Assembly (NCBI RefSeq): GCF_006345805.1
Contig: NC_043000.1
Coordinates: 71,734,001-71,798,000 of the forward strand
DNA from: Octopus sinensis
Taxonomy: Eukaryota
Direction: 5' to 3'
Length of the DNA: 64,000 nucleotides
Shown here: positions 47,418-60,584 of the stretch, in pieces
Layout: each line of letters begins with the position of its first letter
How positions within the stretch are numbered: the stretch's first letter is position 1
Notes under the pieces: model-generated
What the model saw: only the letters and a program-made list of their open reading frames with translations
What the model was told of the DNA's origin: nothing
Databases searched by the model: none
Position numbers and translations under genes: made by a program

Positions 47418-48107
47418 ATGGCATCTGATTATCCAGAATGTTCCAAAGCTACAGAATTAGAGGAAATTCAAGAAAAAGAATGGATTGAACTACCAGAATC
47501 TTCACCTGAAGATCAACTACAAGATAATGGGGGTGATCAACATTTTGTGACATTGACTGGAACAGTTGCTCGTGGCTACCAAGCTGGTCAAGTGGTAGAT
47601 GTCCAGCTACAAATTTCTCGAGATGAGTTACGTAAACTAACACTTGAGAGAGGGACCAAAGAGGAAAAGCTCAAGTACAAATCTTCACCATGTTCTTGGG
47701 GACTGCATTCAGGATTGCATATTGTATTTCTGAGCATCATCTGTATACCTATTGCTTGGCTTGTTTCTTTAGGATATTCCTTCTATATTGGCTGCAATAC
47801 CTGGTATAATATTTATTTGTATTTTTCTGAAGAAAAGACAATCTGGCATAAGATTTCTATTTGTCCTGTTCTCATATTAACATTTCCTTTCACTGTTGGT
47901 TTGTCATCTCTCATCATAAGTTTATATGCCCCAATTATTCAAATTTCATGGAATTTCTATAAATGGCTGCAAGAATTTCAAGATTATGAAAAAGGCTTTT
48001 ATGGCTGGTTCTGTAACTGGATTGGCCTGCACCAGTGTTGTCCTTATGAAGTGGTGATACTTGACTGCCCTGAATCAATAAGAGAGACAAAATTACCTTC
48101 AAGTTAA
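47418..48107 (+). CDS. TMEM169: Transmembrane protein 169 homologue (229 aa), whole CDS in one exon beginning at acceptor 47323/47324
   Basis: FVTLTGTVARG...GQVVDVQL, SFYIGCNTWYNIYL...EEKTIWHKISICP, EKGFYGW...CCPYEVV match the TMEM169 family as I recall it. Strong polyT-tag acceptor 94 nt upstream of the ATG. Confidence 0.9.
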   Translation: MASDYPECSKATELEEIQEKEWIELPESSPEDQLQDNGGDQHFVTLTGTVARGYQAGQVVDVQLQISRDELRKLTLERGTKEEKLKYKSSPCSWGLHSGLHIVFLSIICIPIAWLVSLGYSFYIGCNTWYNIYLYFSEEKTIWHKISICPVLILTFPFTVGLSSLIISLYAPIIQISWNFYKWLQEFQDYEKGFYGWFCNWIGLHQCCPYEVVILDCPESIRETKLPSS

Positions 48108-48410
48108 TTACTTAAAATGTGCTTGCCAGATGCTACTCAAACACCCACCGTTTGTTCTGGACTTATATTAGCTGACCTATAACTACTGGTTCAATTTGTA
48201 ATTTGATGGAATTTTGATTTAGATATATCGCTGGTGTATTAATCAATACATACATATGTATATGGTGTGTGTGTGTGTATTTGTGTATGTATATATATAT
48301 ATATATATGGGTATGTACAAATATGTTTTTATGTCTCGATGTGTGTGTATATATATGTATATGTGCCTGTATGTATATTTTTGTGTATACATTTATATAT
48401 ATATATATAT

Positions 48411-49268
48411 AGACTGAGAGCTTCGAATGTCCTGTCCTGTGGTTCTTGTGTCGTCTTCTAGGTGTTTCACGTTCTTGTCCCAGTTTGTATATATTTTTTA
48501 CTTTTTACATATATAATGCTGGCTCTGTATCCACACTTTTGTCCTTATACATAAGTATATATTCTCTAACATTGGTACGACTCTTGATCTGTCTCTTTCT
48601 CTCTCTCTCTCCTCCTCTCTTATTCCCCTTCTTTCTTTCTTTCTCTCTTCATCCGTCCCCCCTCCTACGCTTCTCTGCCTCTCATACCTTACACTCCTCT
48701 CGATCTGTCTCTTTCTTCTCCTCCCCTGTTCACCTCTCTCTCCTCATCTGTCCCTTTCTCCTCTCTTTTGTCCTCACGTGACCAGCTAGCCACTGCTGCT
48801 TTGCCTTTTTGCATCCAGCAACACATATTTGTTTGTTTCCCGTGGCCATAAGGCACTCCTCTACAAGCCAGCCCCAAACTCAACTCGTCCTGTCGAAAGA
48901 CCCTTGTCCTACGTCCTGGTTTTGTTTTTATCCTTACCATTATTGTTTTTACGTTTTTGTATTCTTATTCGTGCTTTCCTTATTGTTTTCACGTACTTTT
49001 GTATTTTTATTCGTGTACATCGTCCGTTTTCCGTCCTTGTGTTGTATACATTCGAAGCTTTCTTCCAAGGGATCTAATGCACTTGGCTTAAATTTCCCTT
49101 GGTGGCTGCCCAGGTCGGAGCAATCTCAAGATTAATCAGCCGAAATTGCGAAGATGATCCGGTTCTTGACTGATGACTGAGAGCTTCGAAAGTCCCGTCC
49201 TGTGGTTCTTGTGTCGTCTTCTAGGTGTTTCACGTTCTTGTCCCAGTTTGTATATATTTTTTACTTTT

Positions 49269-49275
<7 letters not shown>
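48411..49275 (+). mobile_element. ORF-less element with about 105-bp terminal direct repeats, inserted in (TA)n; PLE pseudo-LTR-like
   Basis: gactgagagcttcgaa...ttactttttacatatata at 48411-48515 and 49176-49275. Confidence 0.6.
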
Positions 49276-49304
<29 letters not shown>

Positions 49305-49444
49305 TGCATGTGTGTGTGGGGTGTGTGAATGTTATGAACAGTGTAATCCAGTGCAAAACTATGTGTAAATGTTTGAACTATGTAAAATGTATTTCTTTTT
49401 TGTTTAAATATAATTTATAACTAAGATCAGTGAGCTCACAGAAT

Positions 49445-49632
49445 TGTTAGTGTGGTAGCCAAAATGCTTAGCAGCATGTCATCCATCTTTATGTTCTGAG
49501 TTCAAATTCCACTGAGGTCAAACTTTGCCTTTCATCCTTTCAAGGTAGATAAAAATAAGTACCTGTTGAGGACTGGGGTTAATGAAATTGATTTACTCCT
49601 TTACATGATTTGAGCCAAAATTTGAAACCAAT
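49445..49632 (+). mobile_element. tRNA-derived SINE, third family, diverged
   Basis: gtggtagccaaaatgcttagc...gagttcaaattcc...tttgcctttcatcctttc...ataagtacc. A related fragment lies at 63780-63870. Confidence 0.65.
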
Positions 49633-49644
49633 ATAACTTATAAC

Positions 49645-49788
49645 TTGTATATTATGTGTGTGTGTGTGTGTGTGTGTATGCATATGTAAGATTATGAGTG
49701 TGTATGCATATGTGTATATATGCATATATATACATATATGTATGTGTATGCATATCTGTATATATATGCACATACATGTGCACATGTA

Positions 49789-49827
<39 letters not shown>

Positions 49828-49942
49828 GGATATATCTATACATACATAAGCACATGTAAATATATATGTGTATTGAAAGATATATATATACACACACTGC
49901 AGCACACAATTATATACACATATATAGGTATATACTTATATG

Positions 49943-49981
<39 letters not shown>

Positions 49982-50110
49982 ACATACGTACATGTGTACA
50001 TGTGTATATATAGATACATATGTATATATATGTGTGGGTGTGTATAGAAATATGTATATCTATACGATAGATGATGATGATGTATACATTATATATATAT
50101 ATATGTATAT
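49645..50110. repeat. Compound (TG)n/(TA)n microsatellite
   Basis: Direct reading. Confidence 0.95.
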
Positions 50111-52229
50111 ATCAAACTATAATAATTTATTTTCACTGCTATTATGTCCCACCTGTCACTTTATTTTTCTGCACATTCTAATGATCTATCAAAATTTTCC
50201 AGTGAATATCTTTCATAATTCATTTAGTAATTCATTTGTAAATGTTTAGTTTATCTTGTTTTAGTTGTTAAGGCGAAGTGGTTCAGTAAAATTTGCAAGT
50301 GCTGAGATTGTGAATTGTTTATCTTGTAAGTTGTTATTGTTGCAAGTGAAACAAAATTATGGATTTCAATTTGATGTAAAATTTATTTGAACTGAATACC
50401 AAATTATGTTTGAACAATACAAAAAATTTTGTTAGGATAGATTTTTGCTAACTCTTGCCTATAGATTATTTTTATGATGATAAGAGAAATCATTTCTATA
50501 GTTAGAGCATATCTGTTATCCTATTAATTCTAGGCAAATACACATATTCACTGATGAAAGGTGAAGTAGGTTTGTAACTGTAATTTTGTTTTGACTCTTT
50601 ACCTATAGTCTGTTAGTGAAATAGAGTTAATTCTTTCATTAAGTATAATAATATGCATTTATTTTATAAGTGTAGGTTATTTTAGGTACACAATATCAAG
50701 TCAGTAGGTTGAATTTATTAGGAAATATGCTGATTAACTAGGAAGTAGAAGTCAAAAAAGTAATAAGGTTTTAAAGTTTTCAAAATTAATTAATTGTAAT
50801 CTTTATTATAAGAAATGTAGAACTTGACAGACATTTGCTTGTGCAGAGGTACTTTAAATTATTCCCCACAATTTCAATGAATTACAATGTGTAAATTTTT
50901 ACTGCCATTTGTTGTAAAATTAACATTATAAATAATAGCTGAAACTATGACACAATGTAACATTTTTCAGTTATACTGAAATGATCTGTTGTCATTTCAA
51001 TTTGTTCTTTTATATTTGTACATTTTAATTTCAAATCTGTATTTATCTTTAATTTTAAGAAAATTATTTCTTTTTTTGAAATAATTCAGCTGGAGCTAAA
51101 AAATTAAATATTTTGATATTATTAAAATGAAACAAAGCAAATTGATCTATTAAGAAATAAAATCTGAATGAAAGTTTTTTTATTGATTAAATCATAATGT
51201 TTGGCCATCTATAAATGTTATCTCTATGTAAAGTCATTTTGTCTTTGTTGTTGTGCAGACTAAGTGTAAAATTACACTTTAACACTAATTTTGAGCAATA
51301 GCTTTCTTTTCATAATTTGATCTATGATTGTATCTGTGATAGATGTTTTCATGTTTATATAACAACTGTCATTTCTTTTTGTGATGGGCGGGCTGGATGA
51401 ATGCTTTTTACTTTATATGAACTCTTTGTAACAACTGAAATATTCCATATTTTTTTCTTCATATTGTGATATGTTCTGAATTTTTTCATTATTCATTGAG
51501 ATTAAGTCTTAAAGTTATTGATTGTAATACTGCTGCTATGAAAGATTTTATTTTGGACAATTCTTTTTCAACCATTGAAAGGAATTCATCCTGTTTTTAC
51601 ATGGACCGGTCATATCAACCTACTTAACTTCATGAAAGTCTTAAAATATATTTACTTTAATGTGTGTTTTCATTAATCTTCTTTATTATCACAGAAATTC
51701 ATTGACTTGTTGAACTGAACCATAAATTTAAAATTACTTTTTCCAAGTACTGAACTCATTCTTCAAATGTCCATGCAAAATTTGACAAGAAAAAAATAAG
51801 AAAAAATGAAGAAAGAACAAAATCACCGATCACCTTCAGGATATTTGTGCATTTACATGAACATTTTTCTGAATATATTTGCATAAAGCTGCAGAGATTT
51901 TTCAGACAACTGTTTTATATATGTTACTGTAACAATATGATATAAAACGTTTTATTGGAATAAGTAATATGATATTTTCCACTTAATTTGATGTGATGAT
52001 TTGTCATATGGAACCTGTCAGTTTAAATTTAGAGTGGGCATTTCTCATGTCTATTTGAAATTAGCTACAGAGAAAATACTGTATCTGTCATCTCCTTAAT
52101 ATAGTTGGATCCCAATTAGCCAAATAAGATAGATAGAGAGTATTTTCATATAACTGACCTGATTATAAACATAAGAAACCAAACTGAACATAATTACATA
52201 AAAAAGCATGTTTTCAGATGAAATGTGGT

Positions 52230-52329
52230 GCTCTAGTGCAATCTTTAATGCCTCTTCACCATGATTCAAATGCTGTAAAATCTTGCTTTTCTGTTTGATT
52301 GTCAGTAATGATATTTGTTTTCTCTTCAC
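52230..52329 (-). pseudogene. Tigger/pogo-like transposase N-terminal (CENP-B/psq HTH) remnant
   Basis: MKRKQISLLTIKQKSKILQHLNHGE..KIALEHHIS. Confidence 0.5.
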
Positions 52330-53184
52330 AGAGATGGCAAAAAGAACATAATCGATTACTTGTAACAGATAGGTACTTTGAACAAAGCCTTGGTGTGACT
52401 GATATCAGCATTGATGTTTGCCTTGTAATTAAATCTTCCAGCATGTCAGTAATTACGGCTTTTTCAGTGTTACCCCTGCATAACAAATATTTCAAATATT
52501 ATTTTTTCATTGGCACTTTTCATATGACCATAGAGAGACTGCCATCTTTACATTGGTTTTTTAACATGACAAAATATAGACAATGCATACAAATATGAAG
52601 ATTAAAAATGCCATGTGTTTGCCTTTGGCACATGAAATAAACATGAAAAAAGAGAAAACAAAAAACATCTGAAAAATGCCATATGTTTGTCTTTCATAAA
52701 CATATGAGACTAAATAAATGAAAATAAAAAAAATTCTGAACATATGAGAAATATCTATGTCTGTCTGTCTTCATAATGTCTACTTTTGTATGATTCCATG
52801 GGTTAAATGAGACTTTGTTCAGGCAGAATTTTTTATGGCTGGATGCTCTTCCTGATGCCCTCACTCCATTTCCAGGCAAGGCAATATTTCCTTTAGCTTA
52901 TGGGACATAACTGGATATTTTCATGGAGGATTGCAAACAAGCAACACTATATGACTAGTGATGCTTTACAATTTGTACACATATGCCAAGACAAGACAGA
53001 CAGACACATACATGCATGCATGCATATATACACAAATACCATAGGCTTCTTTCAGTTTTCATCTACCAAATTTTGCTCACAAAGTATTGGGTAAACCATA
53101 ATGATAGTAAAAGACACAAGCTGACAGTGTACATACAGTGGGAGCAAACTTCAAACCACGTGTTTCTGAAGTGAAGTAAAGTAT

Positions 53185-53535
53185 ATATACTTTCATTAGA
53201 CTGCAGTCATGCTGGGGCACCACCTTGAATTTTTGTCAAATCAATCCCAGTAGTTATTTTTTGTTCAGCCTGATGCTTATTATGTCCGTCTCTTTTTGAT
53301 GAAGCGCTAAAGTACAAGGATGTAAACACACCAACACTGGTTGGGAAGCAGTGGTGGGGACAAACACACACACACACATATACATGACATGTTTCTTTCA
53401 GTTTCTGTCTACCAAGTCCACTTACAAGGCTTTGGTTGGCCTGAGGCTATAGTAGAAGACACTTGCCCGAGGTACCATGCAGTGGGACTGAATCCAGAAC
53501 TATATGGTTTGGAAGCAAGTTTCTTACCACACAGC
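53185..53535 (-). mobile_element. tRNA-derived SINE, main family, diverged
   Basis: Reverse complement of the SINE consensus seen elsewhere in the window. Confidence 0.8.
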
Positions 53536-53564
53536 TAGACCTGTGTGTCTATACAATATATATT

Positions 53565-54933
53565 TATATATCAGCTGAATAAAGTTACAGTATGGTCTGG
53601 TTTTCACATTTTTTATTATTGTATTTAAAAAATTTTTTTTACAATGTTGAAATGTGTTAAAATTATAAAATATTTAGTAATGTTCATAAAGTTCAATTAG
53701 CACTTTCACACGTTTGTATTAATCATCAGATTTCAAAATGTATTGACTGACAGTTGAATTGAGTGCTTGACAACTGTAGTAAAGTGACTGACTTCCTCCT
53801 TTTTATATACCTTTTAGAAGGCTCTAACAAGCTGACTTTTTTGAATACTGTTTTGACCAATCAGCATGCAGTTTAAACATCACCAATATTACTGGCATAG
53901 ATCAAGTAAAACCAATATCGTAACAGTGGCTAGTGGCCCCTGACTAGCTCCCGTGCTAGTGGCATGTAAAATGTGCCATCCAAACATGGTCGATACCAGG
54001 TGTGCCTGACTGGCTCCTGTGCCAGTGACATGTAAAAAGCACCAACTGGATGTGGCTGATGCCAGTACCCCCAGACTGGCTCCTGTGCTGGTAGCACATA
54101 AAAAGCACCAACCGATCGTGGCCAATGCCAGTACCCCCTGACTGGCTCTTTTTCCAGTGGCATGTAAAAATCACCATCCAAACATGATTGATGCCAGGCC
54201 CACCTGACTGGCTCCTGTGTTGGTGGCACGTAAAAAGCACCCACTACACTCTTGGAGTGGTCGGCATTAGGAAGGGCATCCAGATCAGATTGGAGCCTGG
54301 TGCAGCTGCTGGCTCTCCAAACCTGTCAAACCATCCAACCCATGCCAGCATGAAAAACAGACATTAAACGATAAAGATCATGATGGTCCCACCTTTATCT
54401 TATTAGCTTGCAGTTTACATGTAATGGTTTTATGAGTGAGCAAACTTAGTTGGTTTCTATTGTTTTTATTTCAATTGGTGGGAGTCTTCTGTAATTTGTT
54501 TATATTCATATGTTAAAGATATTTTTTAATCCACATTATAAACTGGTTGTTATATTATTGTTGTTATTACCATTCAGAACAGGTTTTCTGCTTTTGCACT
54601 AATATCGGTGTGCCTGGCAAAATGTGATGTTTAAGCTGCATGCTGATTGGTCAAAACCATATTCGAAAAATTCGGCTTGTCGGAGCCTTCTAAAAGGTAT
54701 AAAAAGGAGGAAGCCAGTCATTTTCCTACAGTTGTCAAGGATTCAACTCAACTGTCAGTCAATACATTTTGAAATTTGATGATTACTACAAACATACAAA
54801 AGCACTAATATCTTCATGATATGTTTTTTAATGTTTAACACACTTCAACATTGTAAAAAACTTTTTTTTTTTAAATACAATAATAAAAAATGTGAAAACC
54901 AGACCATGTTGTAACTTGATTTAACTGATATAT
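53565..54933. mobile_element. Foldback/MITE with about 315-bp diverged TIRs and a nested RTE tail
   Basis: 53565-53882 is the reverse complement of 54623-54933. RTE-UTR insertion at 53885-54375. Confidence 0.85.
53885..54375 (+). mobile_element. RTE 3' UTR/tail fragment with about six tandem gtgcc-ggcac units
   Basis: Same family as 25365-25808. Ends ccatgccagcatgaaaaacagacattaaac. Confidence 0.8.
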
Positions 54934-55239
54934 TATTCTATACACATTTACACAAATTCAGGAAATAAAAAAATACGTATATGACAATGGTAATGATGAT
55001 GATAGAAGCACACACACGCGCGCGCGAGCGCGCTTAAATACATATACGAGGTCTGATCAATAAATATCTAGACTGTTGCCATAGTAATGAAGCTAAAGCA
55101 TACATTGAAGCTGTCTGGGAAAGATTGACATTGAACTCTGTTGTGCATGCGCACCAAGTTTTATTCTGGCTCACTTCTGCTGTTTACAATAGTGCTTTGT
55201 GGGAAGGTGTGTGGTGTGTGATCATTGCATTGACCATGA

Positions 55240-55805
55240 CAGAGAAAGTTGTTATGGCAATACCTGCTCAGAGACCTACACAAAGTTGAAGAAAAACCAA
55301 AACCATAGCCTCCATGTATGCCATGGAAGCCCGCTGTATGTTGTCCAACATGTCCATTGAAGTCACCAGCCACAATGAGATGGTCCGGCTGTCATAAAAT
55401 CGGTCTTTCTGTCCATCGAGTAGCCCTGGCCGAGGGGCATAGGCCGAGATAATGGTTGCTAACCCATGATGGAGCACTAATCTAATCTTAAGTATTCTGT
55501 CGCATACTCTAACTACCTCAATTACTTTATCAACCCATTTCTCCGCAAGAAGGATATCCGCGCCCCCGACCCCGTCAATGTTCCCTGCCAAGAAAATCTT
55601 GTACCTGTGTTCTTTGCCTGTGAGGAACCTAGTGGAACCTCCTCTCCACCTTACTTCTTGGAGGCAGCACAAATCGACACATCTCTGTTCAAGCATCTCA
55701 GCAATCTCACCAGACCTACCTTTCAGTGTGCCGAGGTTGAGTTGCCAACTCTGAGGGTGTGGGAAGTGTGGGCCTGTGAGACCCTGGGACAGCAGTGTCA
55801 TGTAC
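55240..55805 (-). mobile_element. RTE LINE 5' fragment (APE endonuclease)
   Basis: NLGTLKGR, DLCCLQEVRW, ISAYAP, AGDFNGHVG. Confidence 0.9.
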
Positions 55806-55855
55806 CTGAAATATTAATTATATACATATATTATGTATATAGATTATATAAATAC

Positions 55856-55888
<33 letters not shown>

Positions 55889-55890
<2 letters not shown>

Positions 55891-56784
55891 CCCTCTCTGC
55901 GGCGGAACGCTCCGTCCTTAGTAGGGGTCTGCGTTTCATCCCCTCACTCCATCCTGTAAGGAATTCCAGACGCGAGCTGATGCCCACAGCTTTGTGTGCC
56001 GCGTCCGGTTGGGTGCGCATTTCCGCGACTCACCACCCGCATCCAACGATGAGGACTGCTTCACTGACCTGGGCCGCCGACCATCCCCGTGGACGCCTGT
56101 CCCCGGCCAGTTCCTAGCAGTGGATCTTTTCGCGGGCGCCTGTCAGCGTGCGTTGGAGCGGTTCAACTTCTCCAGGCGCCAACGTCGCCTCAACATCTCC
56201 CCGGCCGAGCTCTCGGCTCTTCGTTCCCTCCAACGGCGCGCTGACATTATCATCAAACCGGCTGACAAGGGTGGAGCTGTGGTGGTGTGGCGCGCGGACC
56301 TCTACAGGGCGGAGGCTCTCCGCCAACTCAATGACACCTCCTTCTACTTCCCTCTGTCCTCTAACCCCACACGTAGCTACCAACAGACGGTATCCTCTAC
56401 TGTCCACAACCTCATCTCGTCCTCCCGTCTCCCCCACACCGCATCCAACCTAATTGTGCGAACCCCATGCACCCCACCATTTACTTCCTCCCCCAAATCC
56501 ACAAACCCAACAACCCTGGCCGCCCCATCGTCTCCGCCTGTAACTGCCCCACGGAGCTCATCTCTAAATACCAGATCGCCATGTTGATTCGCTAGCCTCT
56601 GCACGCATTTTTTTTCTCTCCTTGTTTCTTTCTGTGTTTCTTTTCTGTGTATCTTTCTGTCGAAGAGCGTAGGCTCGAAACGTAAAAGACTTGTTTTATT
56701 TATATTCCTGAGCGCCATACTAATACAATTGTTTGTTTGTATTACACCTGCCTTCGTCTTTTGTTTATTTTCATAAGCTTCCCG

Positions 56785-56790
<6 letters not shown>
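55889..56790 (+). mobile_element. Neptune-type PLE: N-terminal coding part joined to the terminal repeat, between (TA)n tracts
   Basis: LSAAERSVLSRGLRFIP, IIIKPADKGGAVVVW, EALRQL. The 3' 200 bp is nearly identical to 19510-19694. Confidence 0.85.
56652..56689 (+). ncRNA. Minimal type I hammerhead ribozyme motif, variant core CUGUCGA
   Basis: TCTTT-CTGTCGA-A-GAGC(GTAG)GCTC-GAAA-CGT-A-AAAGA. Confidence 0.6.
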
Positions 56791-56819
<29 letters not shown>

Positions 56820-56840
56820 ATACATATATGTATATAATAT

Positions 56841-56883
<43 letters not shown>

Positions 56884-56929
56884 AAGAATAAAAAGTTTTC
56901 AATGGTACAACAATGCACTATAATATAGA

Positions 56930-58145
56930 CAATGGGTTATACACCTGTTGTAATTTAGTCATCCATAGTCTGATATGATATTTCGGAATAAAATTCCTTC
57001 TTCAGATATTCTTAGATGGAGTCGCTACTATAATCGGTTTTCTAACGACATTTCTTTTTTATTTTTTGGAATCGTCTCAGCAGTGGTCTCACGATGTTCC
57101 TTCCGGAATTCCTCATGAGAAGTCTGTGAGGTCGGCTATGTCTCAGTCTCGTGTGTGCTTGTACATCCGTAGTGCTGCTTCTAAGTTACGTATTATACGT
57201 GCAACTTCCTTTTTTCTCTTCTCTTTCTTTTTTTTGATTGTTGTTCCTTGTTCGTTTCTTGGCGAGGTGTTCTCTCAGAGAGGGGCCTGAGTGGGCTAGT
57301 TGTATGTGTAGTCCTTCTCTTCTTATGGCTCTTCGGATGCATGTAGTTATCCTCTTGCTAAAAAGGGGTATTTTAAAGAAGCATGTGTTGCTGGGTTTTC
57401 TATGTGTTCGGCGTGTTGGTCGTCTTGGGTACTTCAGCTGATTTACAATGGATCTAGGGTACCCGTTGGTTTTCAATATATCTAGGAAGCGTGTAGTGTG
57501 GGTCACCTTGTCCTCCGTTCTGCTGCACTTACCCTGGATGCGTGCAAGTTCATTTCTGGCGTAACCTATTTTGGCACCGAGTGGAAGTGCTGAATTGTAT
57601 TGGACAAACATATCTCTACTGGCTGCTTTCCTGTAGAATTCGGTGTGGATCTCCCCTTCTTCCGTTATATTCAGTTTGAAGTCAAGTAATGAGTGATCCA
57701 GTGATATCGGGATGTTCTATAGTGAACTTTATGTTCATGTCCATGTTATTGAACGTTGTGGATATTCTGTCAGCCTCTTCACGGGAGGATGTCATCTACG
57801 TACCTGGTAAAGAAGGCGTACGACTGGCAGATGTTTAGTGCTCGATGTTCCAGATGGTTCATATAAGTGATGGTTCGTAGGCCCGAGAGACTGGATCCCA
57901 TGGGGAGACCTGTTGTCTGTTTGTATAGGTGGTCCTGGAAAGAGAGGTGTTGATGAATATCAGCTGCGCTAAGTTCGAAGCATTGGATGTCGGACGCTTT
58001 TATGCAGTCAGTCAATAGGTTGACCGCTGAGTGTGCTGGCACCGTTGTGTACATCGAGACAACGTCAAGAATAAAGGCATATCTGTTTTGCCTGAGTTGG
58101 TCTGGGTACCTTTTTATATATAAACAAATATACATTTTTTGCATT
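56930..58145 (-). mobile_element. Penelope-like element of a second family: RT, linker and endonuclease remnant
   Basis: [41 protein letters not shown]. Confidence 0.85.
56973..57009 (-). ncRNA. Minimal type I hammerhead ribozyme motif, intact canonical core
   Basis: ATAT-CTGAAGA-A-GGAAT(TTT)ATTCC-GAAA-TAT-C-ATAT. 5-bp stem II, palindromic ATAT stem III, AUC cleavage triplet. Confidence 0.75.
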
Positions 58146-58235
58146 AAATGTGTTTAATATTTTTTGTATATCGACTTGCCTAAATTGCTTATCCTTACTC
58201 TCTCTTTCTCCCCCTCTCAATCTCTCTCTCTCTCT

Positions 58236-58622
<387 letters not shown>

Positions 58623-58666
58623 GTCGTGCAGTTACTGTTTACATCTCGTTCAGAGATTTATTATTG

Positions 58667-58707
<41 letters not shown>

Positions 58708-58829
58708 TATAACACATATAAAAGGTGGAGATGGAAATATATATATATTGGAAAAAAGATTAAAGAAATAATGGGAAGTATTTTTCAAAACGATAATATG
58801 AATAAAATTGTTAAGTGTCCGTTCTTATT

Positions 58830-59110
58830 TATTGGTTGGTAGTGGTCGGGTCTATATTTAAATATGGTTTATACATGTTAATAAATTGCCTTTCTTTATT
58901 TAGTCTTTGTGGTTGGTTGAAAGAACCTGAACATTTGTAGAGGGGAAATATTTTGAAATTTGGTAAGACCATTCTTGCACAGGCTGCAATGTGAAGTGCA
59001 TGAGATAGGCCATGTCTCAATCTCGTGTGTGATGGTACATCCGAAGTGCTGCTTCTAAGTTATGTATTATACATGAAACTTCCTTTTTCCCTTTCTCTTT
59101 CTTTTTGTTT
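58830..59110 (-). mobile_element. PLE endonuclease C-terminal fragment, same family as 56930-58145
   Basis: RLNKERQFINMYKPYLN. 59020-59100 resembles 57140-57225. Confidence 0.7.
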
Positions 59111-59329
59111 GTTTATAAACTACAGATGAGCATATTATCAAAAATGAACCTACACGCACCCAGATATATTTATGTGTGAGCTAATTTATGTGTGATTTTT
59201 ATCGTTACCTTTATGTAAAACATGCATTTATACGTTTCAAACTTTCTTACGTGCACTCATCTAGATATACTTCCTAAACTGGTGAAGCCCAACTCTTAAT
59301 TTACCTCTTGTTACAGGTCCAAAACCTTT

Positions 59330-60070
59330 CTCAGTGGAGTTGGAAGTGTTTTGGAGGCCAAAGCCTGACGATAGATTATGCAATGAATGCCCCTCACTTT
59401 TGAAGCTCATTTTCCCACACTAACTTTAAATCCTGATTTTGTCCCCAACATAGCTGGTCCTCCACACACATTATCCCACGAAAGATTTTCTGATTCAAGG
59501 AAAGATGAGACCTTTTCCAAAATATTAGAGGCCCTGGTAATTCTTTCAAGAGAAGAGCTAAAAAGAAACTTCTCCTTAGATGAATTTGAGTGCACATACC
59601 TTGCAAGCACCATCAATTGAGGACATGATGCCATGTCAGTCGATTCATCAATCTGTATTGAAAATATCCCAAACGCTGCAGGCTTAATGTCGTGCACAAC
59701 TTAGTCCTTGATGTCCATGGCCATATCGCTGATCCTCTATTGAACCGTACTGTTTGATAGTGAAACCGCTGTAATTTTTTTTCTAATTCATTTCCCAACA
59801 CAATTTCCACCCTTTTGCAACTGCAAGGTTTGATCAAAGTTTCCCCGATTGTATGTGTTTTCTTCTGCTTTGCTATCTCCAGTGTAACGATATAGGAAGC
59901 TTCAGCAACCTTTTGGCTTGCTTCATGGAATGCCCATGATGTTTAAAAACGGTTTTGTCCTTGTCCTTGTGTTGAAGATGAACATTCAGCACATGTTGCT
60001 TCAATTTTGTCGGTTTCATAGAATCATTTGACAAACCTTTGAGGTCTCTCTTCTGAATATATATACTGAA
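59330..60070 (-). pseudogene. hAT (Buster/Charlie-like) transposase pseudogene
   Basis: FSIQIDESTDMASCPQLMVLARYV, LSWDNVCGGPAMLG. Upstream region reads NDSMKPTKLKQH. Confidence 0.85.
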
Positions 60071-60584
60071 TATATGAATGATCGTGTTTTCTTTTTTTGA
60101 TACTCATGATGAGCTTTAGATTCTGTAAATTAAAAAAGAAAATGTCAAAGACAAGTATAAAAAAGAGTGTTTTCACAGATAAAAAGTGTAATATTTATCT
60201 ACATTTTATTTATTCTGCAACAAGGTTAGCAAGAAAGAAGGTGATCGTGCTTTCTAGCGTCTCAAATTCACATATGTAAAGGCAAAATTAAATAGCGTCC
60301 CAAATTAGAGAAAGGTACATTTCCCATTTGATTGCAGGTCCAATGCTATCCAGTGATTTTTTTAAGAGTGAGGTCATGGGTGTGCCACTGCTTCCCACGG
60401 GTACAATAATGGTTATATGCATCGAGTGAAAACAAGGTATTGACTCTCTTTGAACATACATTACTGAATAGGAAACCAATTTTCAGTACCATAAAGACTA
60501 GATATCGCCCGGGTCAGAAAAAAATTATGAAAACTCATAAATTCTTACTGATATCTTACACACACCAAAACAAAGGCGCGTGTA

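Noticed and set aside
49161-49200. CTGATGA...GAAA hammerhead-like string
   Set aside because: No stem I complementarity, weak stem II and an incomplete stem III in both repeat copies; at most a decayed relic.
49579-50249. Many 60-130 aa ORFs rich in Y/I/C/V/H/T (also 10316-10585, 23882-24218, 48267-48461, 58065-58403)
   Set aside because: They are translations of (TA)n/(TG)n microsatellites.
53930-54245. Regularly spaced repeats resembling a CRISPR array
   Set aside because: The spacers are homologous to each other, the context is eukaryotic with no cas genes, and the array is part of an RTE 3' UTR.
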